Shown here piece after piece: positions 10,285 through 19,657 of a stretch of 64,000 nucleotides of DNA. The stretch is taken from contig CABQKC010000006.1 in NCBI GenBank assembly GCA_902464635.1, positions 16,240-80,239 of the forward strand, read 5' to 3'. The notes beneath the pieces were generated by a model that had not been told where the DNA came from, did no database searches, and worked only from the letters and a program-made list of their open reading frames with translations. The DNA comes from an uncultured Bacillales bacterium. Its GTDB lineage: Bacteria; Bacillota_I; Bacilli_A; RFN20; CAG-826. Position numbers and translations under genes: made by a program. Numbering within the stretch: the first letter of the stretch is position 1; each line of letters begins with the position of its first letter.

Positions 10285-10884
10285 TTAATCAACGTATTTA
10301 ATGCAGACGGCTCTAGACGGTCCTTCGCCAGTTGATTCGGTTTTGATATGTTCCATTTTTGAAAGGCAGCCATGAACAACGCGTCTTTCATCTGGAGTCA
10401 TTGGATCAAGTTGGACATCAACTTTGGTCTTGATAACTTCCCTAGCAGCTCTTCTTGCAATGCGTTCGACTCTAGAATATTTATCTTCTTTATATCCGCC
10501 AACATCAAGAAGGATCCTATGACGATGACGGAATTTGTTAGAAACAGCTAATTTAGTTAATTCATTCAAGGCTTGTAAAGTCTTGCCGTTTCTTCCTATT
10601 AATATAGGATTGTGGTCAGAATCAATAGTAATCTTGATGATGTCTTCTTCGATGACTGATTCAGCAGAAACTTTAACGCCTAAGGCATAAAGTGATTTCT
10701 TTATGTATTCAACAGCATATTCAGCAATATCATCTTTATCAAAAACATTGATAGTTGCGCTCTTTTTGAATAAACCCTTCTTCTCTTCCTTAACTTCATA
10801 AGAAAGAGTTTTTTCAGAGACGTTTAATTCTGCACAAGCTTCGGCAACAGCTTCTTCTATTGTTTTAGCAGTAAAAGTTTTCAT
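10285..10884 (-). CDS. khpB: Jag/KhpB RNA-binding protein (Jag-N, KH and R3H domains)
   Basis: 199 aa. Sits directly downstream of yidC as in Firmicutes. R3H-like region near the C-terminus. Confidence 0.8.
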   Translation of the reverse strand: MKTFTAKTIEEAVAEACAELNVSEKTLSYEVKEEKKGLFKKSATINVFDKDDIAEYAVEYIKKSLYALGVKVSAESVIEEDIIKITIDSDHNPILIGRNGKTLQALNELTKLAVSNKFRHRHRILLDVGGYKEDKYSRVERIARRAAREVIKTKVDVQLDPMTPDERRVVHGCLSKMEHIKTESTGEGPSRAVCIKYVD

Positions 10885-12582
10885 TTATTTCGTACCTCTT
10901 TTTTCTTTTGATTTTTTTGAGATTACCAATTGGGTAATCAAGGTTTGAATCATGGAAATTAAACCACCAATCAACCAATAGACTCCCATAGCGGATGGAA
11001 GCATGAATCCCATGATAATGGTAAATACCAACATGAAGATAGATACCCATTTCATTTGTTTTTGAGAATCGGTTTGAGCCGGATTAGCGGATAATTTAGC
11101 CATCTTCTTGGTTTGAGATTTACTAATTATACGTGGAAGCATCATAGCCATAACCTGGGTAGCAGCCATCAATATGAATAAGACTAAAGCTGTCCACCAG
11201 CCATTTTCATTAAGATACCAAGTACCTTTTACATTAAATAATATGCTTGAGATATTATCGGATAGTCTCATTCCAAGGAATTCACCACTAGATAAAGCGG
11301 CTGAACCTTGTAAGCCAGACCAAACACAGATGAACACAGGGAATTGAACAATGAGTATAAGAATTTGCCTAAACGGCTTAATCTTATGACGTTTATACAA
11401 AGCCATTTGCTCAGTTGCGAGTCTTTGCTTTTCGGCTTGATTTGTATTGGAATTTGGATATTTAGCTTGGAGTTTAGCAAGTTCAGGCTGCAAGGCTTGC
11501 ATCTTTTGGGAATCCATTGTTGAACGGAAAGATACCAATAATAGCAAACACCTGACTATTAAAGTAACGAATACAATAGCCCAAATCTGTCCAACACCAG
11601 TCAAGTTTTGATCCATTCCATAAGCGAAAGTATCAACTAACCAAGAAACTGGATAGACAAGCAATCCTTCAAGGAAGCCTTTGCTCCAGGCATATCCCCA
11701 GTCTTTCTTAGAGATATTTACTTCCCAGTCGGAAGAATTTCCATAATGACCGAATTGACCTTCTTGGGTAGCAATACAAGAACGATTTTGATTAACCTTG
11801 GTTGCTACTTGGGATTTGTAATAATCAGTGAAATCTTTAGTAGGAACATTGTCCATTCCTAAGGATGGATCGCTGCTCTTATAAAGTTCAGCATTCCAAC
11901 TAGTCCAATAGCCCCAAAGCGAACCACCTTGGCCAGAGAACTTAACATAGCCATTTCTTCTTAAAATGGATTTTTCGTTAACTTCGACATTAGAACCACC
12001 GTTGTAATTGGATTCGATATAAGGGTTAACAACCTTGTCTTCACCCTTTGAAGGAATAGTTGCAGTTAAGCCTTTGATGAACTCTTCAGATGCGGTTTGT
12101 CCAACAGTATAAGCCTTTCCTGTTTCGGCAAGATAAGTAGAAGCTTGTAAGACATAGTTATCAATGCTTGCCCAGTATTTTAATGAAGGCATTACCAATC
12201 CACTTTTATAAGCACTAGAAATTATACTTTGAAGGAAAGTAGACTTCGCGGCAGTAAATTCTATTTGCTTATTGTCGTTAAGCTTATATGGAACATATTT
12301 ATAGATGTCTTCGTTAATTGCGATACCGGCAGAGTTAACAAAAGCAGGACCTGCGATACCTTGGCTTTCTTCTTCTTCGATTAAAGCCTTCGTTTCATCA
12401 GCACTTTTTAACGTGTCATATTCATTTTTGCTTAAATAGACAGTAACACCTTGTTCGTAAGGATAAGCCATTTGGGCTTGGTCTTCTTCAGAACAAAAGT
12501 TAGCTGTACAACCAGCAAGCAACCCCGTGCCTAGAAGGGCTGCCAAACCAATGAATATCTTTTTATGGGATAACTTTTTCAA
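10885..12582 (-). CDS. yidC: Membrane protein insertase YidC with a lipoprotein signal and a large extracytoplasmic domain
   Basis: 565 aa. Lipobox LLAGC. A roughly 330-aa hydrophilic N-terminal domain is followed by the YidC/Oxa1 core with multiple TM helices and a basic C-terminal tail (KKSKEKRGTK). Position rnpA-yidC-jag. Confidence 0.85.
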   Translation of the reverse strand: MKKLSHKKIFIGLAALLGTGLLAGCTANFCSEEDQAQMAYPYEQGVTVYLSKNEYDTLKSADETKALIEEEESQGIAGPAFVNSAGIAINEDIYKYVPYKLNDNKQIEFTAAKSTFLQSIISSAYKSGLVMPSLKYWASIDNYVLQASTYLAETGKAYTVGQTASEEFIKGLTATIPSKGEDKVVNPYIESNYNGGSNVEVNEKSILRRNGYVKFSGQGGSLWGYWTSWNAELYKSSDPSLGMDNVPTKDFTDYYKSQVATKVNQNRSCIATQEGQFGHYGNSSDWEVNISKKDWGYAWSKGFLEGLLVYPVSWLVDTFAYGMDQNLTGVGQIWAIVFVTLIVRCLLLLVSFRSTMDSQKMQALQPELAKLQAKYPNSNTNQAEKQRLATEQMALYKRHKIKPFRQILILIVQFPVFICVWSGLQGSAALSSGEFLGMRLSDNISSILFNVKGTWYLNENGWWTALVLFILMAATQVMAMMLPRIISKSQTKKMAKLSANPAQTDSQKQMKWVSIFMLVFTIIMGFMLPSAMGVYWLIGGLISMIQTLITQLVISKKSKEKRGTK

Positions 12583-12920
12583 TTGATTTTTTCCTTAACA
12601 TTATCTAGAAGGGAATTGAGCTCCCTTTCATTATTTTGAAATCCATCCTCTCTGTAGCAAGGGTGAATTGCAATGATGATATTTACAGGCAATGAGTAGT
12701 CATTTCTAGAAGCAAGCATTGCCCTAACTTGCCTTTTTTCCCTGACCCTAGTAACGGCATGGCCATTAGCTTTCCCAATAGCCAAGCCGATTCTAGTAAA
12801 ATCCTGATCAATAGGCGCGACTTGGTAATAAACAGAGAAATTCTTAGACTTTAGTTTCTTTCCATTTTTGATTATCAAGTCAAATTCTGAATGTTTTTTA
12901 ATTCGAAGCGCCTTCTTCAT
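12579..12920 (-). CDS. rnpA: Ribonuclease P protein component
   Basis: 113 aa. Basic protein with RIKKHSEF and an RNR-like motif. ATGA overlap with yidC. Confidence 0.9.
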   Translation of the reverse strand: MKKALRIKKHSEFDLIIKNGKKLKSKNFSVYYQVAPIDQDFTRIGLAIGKANGHAVTRVREKRQVRAMLASRNDYSLPVNIIIAIHPCYREDGFQNNERELNSLLDNVKEKIN

Positions 12921-12925
12921 GGGAA

Positions 12926-13060
12926 TTAGTCAGCGACTCTGACGCGTCCTTTTGCACGACGCTTTGCAATAACCTTGCGTCCGGAAGCAGTAGCCATTCT
13001 GGCACGGAAGCCAGCCTTGTTGGCATGTTTCTTCTTTGAAGGTTGGTAAGTTTTTTTCAT
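12926..13060 (-). CDS. rpmH: 50S ribosomal protein L34 (below the ORF-track size cutoff)
   Basis: 44 aa: [44 protein letters not shown], from ATG rc 13058-13060 to TAA rc 12926-12928. SD AGGAGGAT upstream. Canonical rpmH-rnpA order. Confidence 0.93.
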   Translation of the reverse strand: MKKTYQPSKKKHANKAGFRARMATASGRKVIAKRRAKGRVRVAD

Positions 13061-13194
13061 TAGCGTAATCCTCCTAAATTGGATGCAAGGGTTATTATAC
13101 GGATTGAAACTTTTAACTACAACTACGAGTGTACGCGCGTAAGGGTTTTTCTAGACAATTTTTAAGGTGAATTTCAGCAAATCACAAAAACAAA

Positions 13195-13490
13195 GAAAAG
13201 TTTTCCACAATCAAAACATGTTATCAACATCGTGAAACATAGCGTGAAACACTTTCCACATGCATTGTGAATTGCAAATTGTGAATAATGTGAATAATTA
13301 AAAAATATAGGCTCTATCACGAGATTTTCAGACTAAGAATGATTGTTAATAACTTCAAAGTTTATATAGTTTTCCACAATCAAAAATCACCTATTTACTT
13401 TTCCACAATTTGTCCACAATAAAAAGATGTGGAAAGAGTAGTTTTTCGCTTTAAATCAACGTTAAAAAGAGTATTTATTGTGGAAAAATC
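13195..13490. promoter_or_regulatory. oriC DnaA-box cluster upstream of dnaA
   Basis: At least 10 matches to TTATCCACA/TGTGGATAA with 2 or fewer mismatches: 13201, 13221, 13252, 13280, 13289, 13370, 13399, 13410, 13428, 13479. Gene orientation flips here: all CDS to the left are on the minus strand and those to the right on the plus strand. Confidence 0.8.
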
Positions 13491-13554
13491 AATTTGGTCA
13501 ATTTTTTTACTATCTTTTTATTATAAAAATGATTTAATTTTACAGGAGCAAATT

Positions 13555-14922
13555 ATGTCAGACTCGGTATCGCAATTAAGTAATATATGGACAATGGTCC
13601 TCGAAAAGATAAATAAAAGTTTAGAATCCCAATCGGATGGAGGGCGTATTTTTCAGTCATTTTTCGCCGATTCCAAAATTGCAGAAATTGATAAGGATGT
13701 AATGAAAATTGCTTGTTCATCTAATTTAGGGGCGACGATTATTGATAAAAAATATAGTAAGTTAGTTTCGTCAACCTTAGATGAAATCACCGGTACACAT
13801 TTTGAATTGAAATTCGTTACTTTTGACGAAATTAAAAGCAAGAAAGAAGTCATCAAAGAAGAACCTGCATTTTTCAAAGATAGCAAGCTGAATCCAAAAT
13901 ACACTTTCGAGAGTTTTGTAACAGGTCCATCTAATAGAGAAGCTTATCAAGCCGCAGTTATGATAGCCAATACTCCAGGACAGCTCTACAATCCACTACT
14001 TTTGCATAGCGACTCAGGTTTGGGCAAAACCCATTTGTTGCACGCAATCGGTAATGGAATATTAGAAAAGTATCCAAATTACAAGGTTTTATATATCTCT
14101 GCGTCTGATTTTGTTGATGAATATATAAAGTTTGCCACAACGTATAAAGAAGACCAATCTTTGGTTCAATTCTTCAAAAATGATGTCGACGCATTCTTGA
14201 TTGACGATATCCAATTTATAATCGGGAAAAAGAAGACAATGGAAATGTTTTTCGTTGTCTTTTCCACCCTTGTCTCAAAAGGTAAGCAAATTGTTATAAC
14301 CTCCGATCAAGACCCAAGCAAACTAGATGGCTTAGACGATAGGCTGAAAACTAGATTTTCACAAGGTCTTGTTTTGTCAATAGAAAAACCTGATTTAGAA
14401 ACAAGCAAACAAATATTGCTTTCAAAAATTGAAGCTGGCGGACTTGATGTAAATGACTTCGATGATGAAGTTATCACATATATTGCCCAAGGATTTTCTT
14501 CTAACGTAAGAGAACTAGAAGGCGCATTGAATAGGTTAATCTTCTGCTCAATAAGTATGAAGAACACGAACAAGATAACGATGAACGAAGCAACGGCTGC
14601 TATTAAGACGTTAAATGCTACGATTAGTCCATCCAAGCGCTTGACGGAAGATAAAATCATCGCCGGAGTTGCGGATTATTACTCATTAACCCCCTCTCAG
14701 CTTACCGGAAAGATAAGAACATCGAGAATCGCCATGGCTAGACATATTGCAATGTATTTAGACAGGCTTCTGCTCGATACTCCATTCATAAAAATAGGAG
14801 AAACGTTTGGCGGAAAAGATCATGCAACTGTTATGAGTGGTGTAAAAAAAGTGGAAAACTCCTTGAAAACTGACCCTGATATGTTGATAGCTATTGCCGA
14901 GTTAAAAAAGAAACTTTCCTAA
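13555..14922 (+). CDS. dnaA: Chromosomal replication initiator DnaA
   Basis: 455 aa from the ATG at 13555, with AGGAG 6 nt upstream. The ORF-track start at 13429 lies inside the DnaA-box region. Walker A GLGKTHLLHAIG and C-terminal DNA-binding domain HATVMS. Confidence 0.93.
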   Translation: MSDSVSQLSNIWTMVLEKINKSLESQSDGGRIFQSFFADSKIAEIDKDVMKIACSSNLGATIIDKKYSKLVSSTLDEITGTHFELKFVTFDEIKSKKEVIKEEPAFFKDSKLNPKYTFESFVTGPSNREAYQAAVMIANTPGQLYNPLLLHSDSGLGKTHLLHAIGNGILEKYPNYKVLYISASDFVDEYIKFATTYKEDQSLVQFFKNDVDAFLIDDIQFIIGKKKTMEMFFVVFSTLVSKGKQIVITSDQDPSKLDGLDDRLKTRFSQGLVLSIEKPDLETSKQILLSKIEAGGLDVNDFDDEVITYIAQGFSSNVRELEGALNRLIFCSISMKNTNKITMNEATAAIKTLNATISPSKRLTEDKIIAGVADYYSLTPSQLTGKIRTSRIAMARHIAMYLDRLLLDTPFIKIGETFGGKDHATVMSGVKKVENSLKTDPDMLIAIAELKKKLS

Positions 14923-14959
14923 GATGTTTATTTTATAAATAAAAGGTTTAAGAAAATGG

Positions 14960-15068
14960 ATGACTGTGGTATCATTACGAAGACGGAAAAGCAAAGTTAT
15001 CCACAATTCCCACAATGCTTATTATTATTAATATTCTTTAATAAATAAAAATAGATTATATATAAAGA
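14960..15068. promoter_or_regulatory. Second DnaA-box group plus an AT-rich putative DNA-unwinding element between dnaA and dnaN
   Basis: Perfect TTATCCACA at 14997-15005. Weaker boxes at 14966 and 15007. A roughly 50-nt stretch with very high AT content at 15018-15068. Confidence 0.6.
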
Positions 15069-15076
15069 GGTGTCGT

Positions 15077-16198
15077 ATGCGTTTAAATGTTAACAAAGAA
15101 CAATTTCTAAAAGCCTTGTTAAGTGCAGGCAAAGCCATATCCCCAAAAAACGCTAATGCCATATTAGCTGGTTTAAGACTTGAACTAAACGAAAAAGGAT
15201 TGGAAATAATCGGTTCTAATTCTAGCATTACGATAAAATCCACAGTCCCATACATGATTGGGGAAAAAGAAATCATTACTAACCCTATTCAAGGATCTGC
15301 TTTAATCAATGCTCATTTACTAATCGAAGTCATTAGAAGACTAGAAGGCGAAACTATCAAATTAGATTTCATTGATAACTCCACCGCTAAAATCGATGAT
15401 GGCAGATCTGTGTTCAAGTTGAATTGTTCTTCAGCCGATGAATACCCTGATATCGATTTAGAGCCTACAGGCACCATATTTACAATGCCTTGCTCTTCTT
15501 TGACTGAATTAGTCGAACAAAGCGCATTCGCCGCTTCTAACAAGGAACAGCGCTTTATTTTGACCGCTTTGAATCTAGAAGCAGCTGAAGGAAAATTGGT
15601 AGCCACTGCTACTGACTCTGCTAGATTATCTAGAAAGAGTGTTGATTTAGATTCTGAAATCAGGTTCAAATGCAATATACCGGCAAGAGCCTTGCTGGAC
15701 ATTGTCAGGATGTTTGAAACTGCTAGAACTGTAGAAGTTGCAATTTCTGACAAGAAGGCTTTGTTTACATTCGATAATACCGTTGTTTCTTCTTCTTTGG
15801 TTCCTGGCGATTATCCGGTCACTAGGTCGATAATTCCTGCTACCTTCAACTATTTCCTCGAAGTAAATGCCCAAGAGCTTCTAGCAGCCATGGGAAGAGT
15901 CGCTGTCTTAGCTAGCGATAGAGAATCTGTTGTTAAACTCTCAATGGGTGAAGATTCCGTTGAAATCTCGGTCAAGAGTCAAGAAAACGGAACCGCTAAT
16001 GAACATATCCAAACTTTCCAATATACCGGTGAGAAGTTAGAAGTCTCCTTCAACTCTCTGTTTGTAGTTGATGCAATCAAGGCTTTAAAGAGTGAAGATG
16101 TAATGCTTTGCTTCCAAGCCGAAATGAAACCATTTGTTGTTAAAAACCAAAAAGACGACTCCGTTGTTGAACTCATTACCCCAATGAGAACCTATTAA
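15077..16198 (+). CDS. dnaN: DNA polymerase III beta sliding clamp
   Basis: 373 aa. AAGAGGTG SD. Three-domain clamp architecture. Position after dnaA. Confidence 0.92.
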   Translation: MRLNVNKEQFLKALLSAGKAISPKNANAILAGLRLELNEKGLEIIGSNSSITIKSTVPYMIGEKEIITNPIQGSALINAHLLIEVIRRLEGETIKLDFIDNSTAKIDDGRSVFKLNCSSADEYPDIDLEPTGTIFTMPCSSLTELVEQSAFAASNKEQRFILTALNLEAAEGKLVATATDSARLSRKSVDLDSEIRFKCNIPARALLDIVRMFETARTVEVAISDKKALFTFDNTVVSSSLVPGDYPVTRSIIPATFNYFLEVNAQELLAAMGRVAVLASDRESVVKLSMGEDSVEISVKSQENGTANEHIQTFQYTGEKLEVSFNSLFVVDAIKALKSEDVMLCFQAEMKPFVVKNQKDDSVVELITPMRTY

Positions 16199-16224
16199 TA
16201 AAAAACCTTAAAAAATCTTTAGAA

Positions 16225-16252
16225 AATGGTAGAAATTTCTCTACCATTTTTT
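16225..16252 (+). terminator. Rho-independent terminator after dnaN
   Basis: 9-bp stem aatggtaga/tctaccatt, loop aatttc, then tttttt. Confidence 0.7.
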
Positions 16253-16295
16253 ACTACTACGTAGTAAACTATATATTGTGTAAAAAGGTTTAAAA

Positions 16296-16514
16296 ATGAA
16301 GTCGCAAAAAGAAATAAAAATCACAACCGATTACATCACTTTAGGGCAACTATTGAAACTCGCTTCGATAATTGACCACGGTGGTGAGGCCAAGCTCTTC
16401 CTTGCTTCTAACAAAGTTCTAGTTAACGGAGAAGAAGACAATCGAAGAGGCAGGAAACTTTACCCTGGCTATCTAGTTGTAATTGGAAGTGAAACATTTG
16501 CAATTACAAAATGA
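16296..16514 (+). CDS. yaaA: S4-domain RNA-binding protein (YaaA-like)
   Basis: 72 aa. Lies between dnaN and recF as in B. subtilis. S4-like motif ITLGQLLK...GKLYPGYLVVIG. ATGA overlap with recF. Confidence 0.8.
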   Translation: MKSQKEIKITTDYITLGQLLKLASIIDHGGEAKLFLASNKVLVNGEEDNRRGRKLYPGYLVVIGSETFAITK

Positions 16515-17578
16515 TCTTGAATCATATCGAGCTTAGAAACTTTCGGAGCTACGATTATCTCGACTTGGATTTATCTTCTGGGTTAAACCTCATCGTTGGC
16601 GAGAACGCGGTGGGAAAAACTAATCTTGCCGAGGCTATCTATTATCTTTCTTTAGCTAGGAGTTGGAGGACCCTCGATGATAGGAACCTTATTAAAGACG
16701 GCAAAGAGTTCGCTTTGATAAATGCTTCCATTAGCGAAGGCGAACTTCATCGTCAAATAGAGATTAGGATTGAAAAGAATGCCAAGAAGATAAGAATCAA
16801 CGGAAACCCAATAAGAAGATTGTCGGATTTATCTAAATTGGTAAATGTCATAGTCTTCTCTCCTAATGATACGCGGTTATTCCGTTCACCCCCTTCCGAA
16901 AGGAGAAATTTCCTGGATGTGGCGATTTCTAAAAAGTATGACGAATATCTAACCCTAATCGGTGGGTATTCAAAATTGCTAAAAGAAAGAAATGCCTTAC
17001 TGAAGCAGGACAATCCAAACCTAGATTTGCTTAATGTACTCACGGAGCAGATGATCAAACTGTCAGAGCCAATAATCAAATATAGGGTTGATTATGTTTC
17101 TTCTATTAATTCTCTTCTTCCTTCATTCATGGAAAGACTAAGAGGCGACAAGAAGCGATGCAACATTGTTTACAAGCCTTTTGTAAGTCAAACCGATAAT
17201 TTAATCGAATCCATGAAAAAAGCCTACCTAGACGCCCTGGAATCAGATTTGTCCCGTCGCCAAACTAGTGTTGGGATACATCGAGAAGACTTTTGTTTCA
17301 AGATGGATGGGCAAGATGTTGGGCTATATGGAAGCCAAGGGGAAAATCGAATTGCTTCATTGGCAGTTAAACTAATCCCTTACCTTTTAATAGAAAGCAA
17401 AGAGAAAAAGCCGATATGTGTGCTAGATGACGTGACTAGCGAGCTTGATAAAAATCACGTCGAAAGGTTACTAAACATCGTAAGGAAATTCTCTCAGGTG
17501 TTTATGACCGCTACAAAATTAGAAATCGAAGGTGCTTCAGTAATTGAAGTTGCCACGAATGATGCCAAGAGGAGGTAA
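16511..17578 (+). CDS. recF: DNA replication/repair protein RecF
   Basis: 355 aa. Walker A GENAVGKTNLAEAI. Synteny. Confidence 0.9.
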   Translation: MILNHIELRNFRSYDYLDLDLSSGLNLIVGENAVGKTNLAEAIYYLSLARSWRTLDDRNLIKDGKEFALINASISEGELHRQIEIRIEKNAKKIRINGNPIRRLSDLSKLVNVIVFSPNDTRLFRSPPSERRNFLDVAISKKYDEYLTLIGGYSKLLKERNALLKQDNPNLDLLNVLTEQMIKLSEPIIKYRVDYVSSINSLLPSFMERLRGDKKRCNIVYKPFVSQTDNLIESMKKAYLDALESDLSRRQTSVGIHREDFCFKMDGQDVGLYGSQGENRIASLAVKLIPYLLIESKEKKPICVLDDVTSELDKNHVERLLNIVRKFSQVFMTATKLEIEGASVIEVATNDAKRR

Positions 17579-17582
17579 TCAA

Positions 17583-19643
17583 ATGGCAGAGCAAGAAAAA
17601 AACGAGTCCGCTTCAAAAGAAATTGTAAATGAAGAAGATCGCTTCACTTACAAAAAAGAAGACGTGACTAATGAAAAAGCCCTAGAAAAAGCAAAGGCTG
17701 ACTATAGCGGAAGCGATATTCAGGTTCTTGAAGGACTTGAAGCCGTCAGGAAACGTCCTGGTATGTATATTGCTACCACTGCTTCAGCTGGTCTTCACCA
17801 CCTTGTGTGGGAAATTGTCGATAACTCAATCGATGAAGCTTTGGCTGGGTATTGTAAAAATATCGAAGTAACAATTAACAAAGACAACTCCATCACCGTA
17901 AGAGATGACGGTCGTGGCGTACCTGTTGACAAGGTTGCTAAATCCGGATTGTCTGGTGTTGAAACCGTTTATACAATCCTTCATGCTGGTGGTAAATTCG
18001 GCGGAGAGGGCGGATATAAGGTATCCGGTGGTTTGCATGGCGTCGGTGCTTCTGTAGTTAATGCTTTATCCGAATGGATGGATGTCACCGTTTGTAGAGA
18101 CGGAGGCAAATTCTTCCTTCGTTTTGAAAATGGAGGCCACCCAGTAGGTCATTTAGCTAGAATTGGGGATTCGACCGAAGGAGAAAGAGGTACAACCGTT
18201 TCCTTTAAGCCTGACCCAACAATCTTCACCGAAACAACTATCTACAATTACGAGACCATCAAGAACCACATGAGGCAAATGGCCTTCCTTAATGGCGGAA
18301 TCAAAATCACTTTAACCGATTTACGTGAAGAAACCCCTGTCACCGAAACGTTTAAATATGATGGCGGTATCCGCGAATATGTTTCCTATATCGATGTTAA
18401 TAAATTAGTAAAACTCCCACCTGAACCAATCTATTGTCAAGGTGCTGAAGAAGTTACTTTAGCAGATGGAGAAACTAAAGAAAGAATCTATGCCGAAGTT
18501 GCTCTTCAATGGACTGATTCCTATGATCAAAACGGTATTTACTCTTTCTGCAATAACATTTCTACCAAAGAGGGTGGAACTCATGTTGAAGGTTTGAATC
18601 TTGCTTTAGGTAGAATAATTAACGACTACGCATTAAAGCAAAAACTTCTAAAAGAGGATGAAGAAAGGTTTAGTGGGAACGATTGCCGTGAAGGTTTGAC
18701 TGCTGTTGTTTCCGTTAAACATCCTAACCCACAATATGAAGGACAGACCAAGACCAAACTTGGTAACTCTGAAGTTAGAAAGATTGTTTCTACTGTCGTC
18801 GGAGATGGATTAAGCCAATGGCTATATGAAAATCCAAACGAAGCCAAGGAAATAATCGAAAAGATTCGTCTTGCTACAAAAGCAAGGAATGCTGCTCAAG
18901 CTGCTAGAGAAAGAATTCGTAAGAGTTCGATGGAACTCACAACTCTCCCAGGCAAATTAGCAGACTGCTCATCTAAAGATCCTGAAATCTGTGAATTATA
19001 TATAGTCGAAGGTAATTCCGCAGGTGGCAGTGCTAAAAATGGTAGAGATAGAGAAACCCAAGCCATCCTTCCTTTAAGAGGTAAGATCCTTAATGTTGAA
19101 AAGGCTAGGGAGGAAAGAATCTGGGCCAATGCCGAAATTGGTAACATGATCACCGCTATTGGGGCTGGTATCAGAGAAAACTTTGATGTTACAAAGATTA
19201 GATATAACAAGATTGTCATCATGACCGATGCTGACGTCGATGGCGATCACATCAGAATCTTATTATTAACATTCTTCTATAGATTTATGCGTCCTCTTCT
19301 AGACGAAGGACATGTCTATATCGCTCAACCTCCTCTATATAAAATTGATTATAAAGGAAGTGCATATTACGCCTATAACGATGCCCAACTTGAAGTCTTA
19401 AAGAAACAATTAGGATTAAAAGCAGGCTACCCATTCCAACGTTATAAAGGTTTAGGCGAAATGGATGCCAACCAACTTTGGGAAACAACCATGGATCCAA
19501 AACAAAGAAAGATGATACGTATAACTATTGATGATGCGGCTCAGGCTGAAAAAGCCTTCACCGACTTAATGGGTGATGACGTATTGCCAAGACGTCAATA
19601 TATCGTCGAAAACGCTAAATTCGTTAAGAATCTTGATATATAA
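17583..19643 (+). CDS. gyrB: DNA gyrase subunit B
   Basis: Start at the ATG at 17583, with AAGAGGAGG 7 nt upstream. The track start at 17544 lacks an SD. GHKL ATPase, Toprim motif EGNSAGGSAK, C-terminal QRYKGLGEM. N-terminus about 30 aa longer than Bacillus GyrB. Confidence 0.93.
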   Translation: MAEQEKNESASKEIVNEEDRFTYKKEDVTNEKALEKAKADYSGSDIQVLEGLEAVRKRPGMYIATTASAGLHHLVWEIVDNSIDEALAGYCKNIEVTINKDNSITVRDDGRGVPVDKVAKSGLSGVETVYTILHAGGKFGGEGGYKVSGGLHGVGASVVNALSEWMDVTVCRDGGKFFLRFENGGHPVGHLARIGDSTEGERGTTVSFKPDPTIFTETTIYNYETIKNHMRQMAFLNGGIKITLTDLREETPVTETFKYDGGIREYVSYIDVNKLVKLPPEPIYCQGAEEVTLADGETKERIYAEVALQWTDSYDQNGIYSFCNNISTKEGGTHVEGLNLALGRIINDYALKQKLLKEDEERFSGNDCREGLTAVVSVKHPNPQYEGQTKTKLGNSEVRKIVSTVVGDGLSQWLYENPNEAKEIIEKIRLATKARNAAQAARERIRKSSMELTTLPGKLADCSSKDPEICELYIVEGNSAGGSAKNGRDRETQAILPLRGKILNVEKAREERIWANAEIGNMITAIGAGIRENFDVTKIRYNKIVIMTDADVDGDHIRILLLTFFYRFMRPLLDEGHVYIAQPPLYKIDYKGSAYYAYNDAQLEVLKKQLGLKAGYPFQRYKGLGEMDANQLWETTMDPKQRKMIRITIDDAAQAEKAFTDLMGDDVLPRRQYIVENAKFVKNLDI

Positions 19644-19657
19644 GGAGGGATGATTAA

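Noticed and set aside
10865-11050. 61-aa ORF overlapping the jag/yidC junction; also minus-strand ORFs inside gyrB/gyrA (17826-18038, 18626-19222, 21239-21484, 22048-22263) and plus-strand ORFs inside minus-strand genes (532-775, 9027-9461, 9980-10189)
   Set aside because: They are embedded in well-supported conserved genes on the opposite strand or in another frame, and lack SDs. They are spurious.
13429-13554. Long dnaA start in the ORF track (MERVVFRFKSTLKR...)
   Set aside because: It lies inside the DnaA-box cluster and has no SD. The ATG at 13555 has AGGAG at optimal spacing and gives a canonical DnaA N-terminus.
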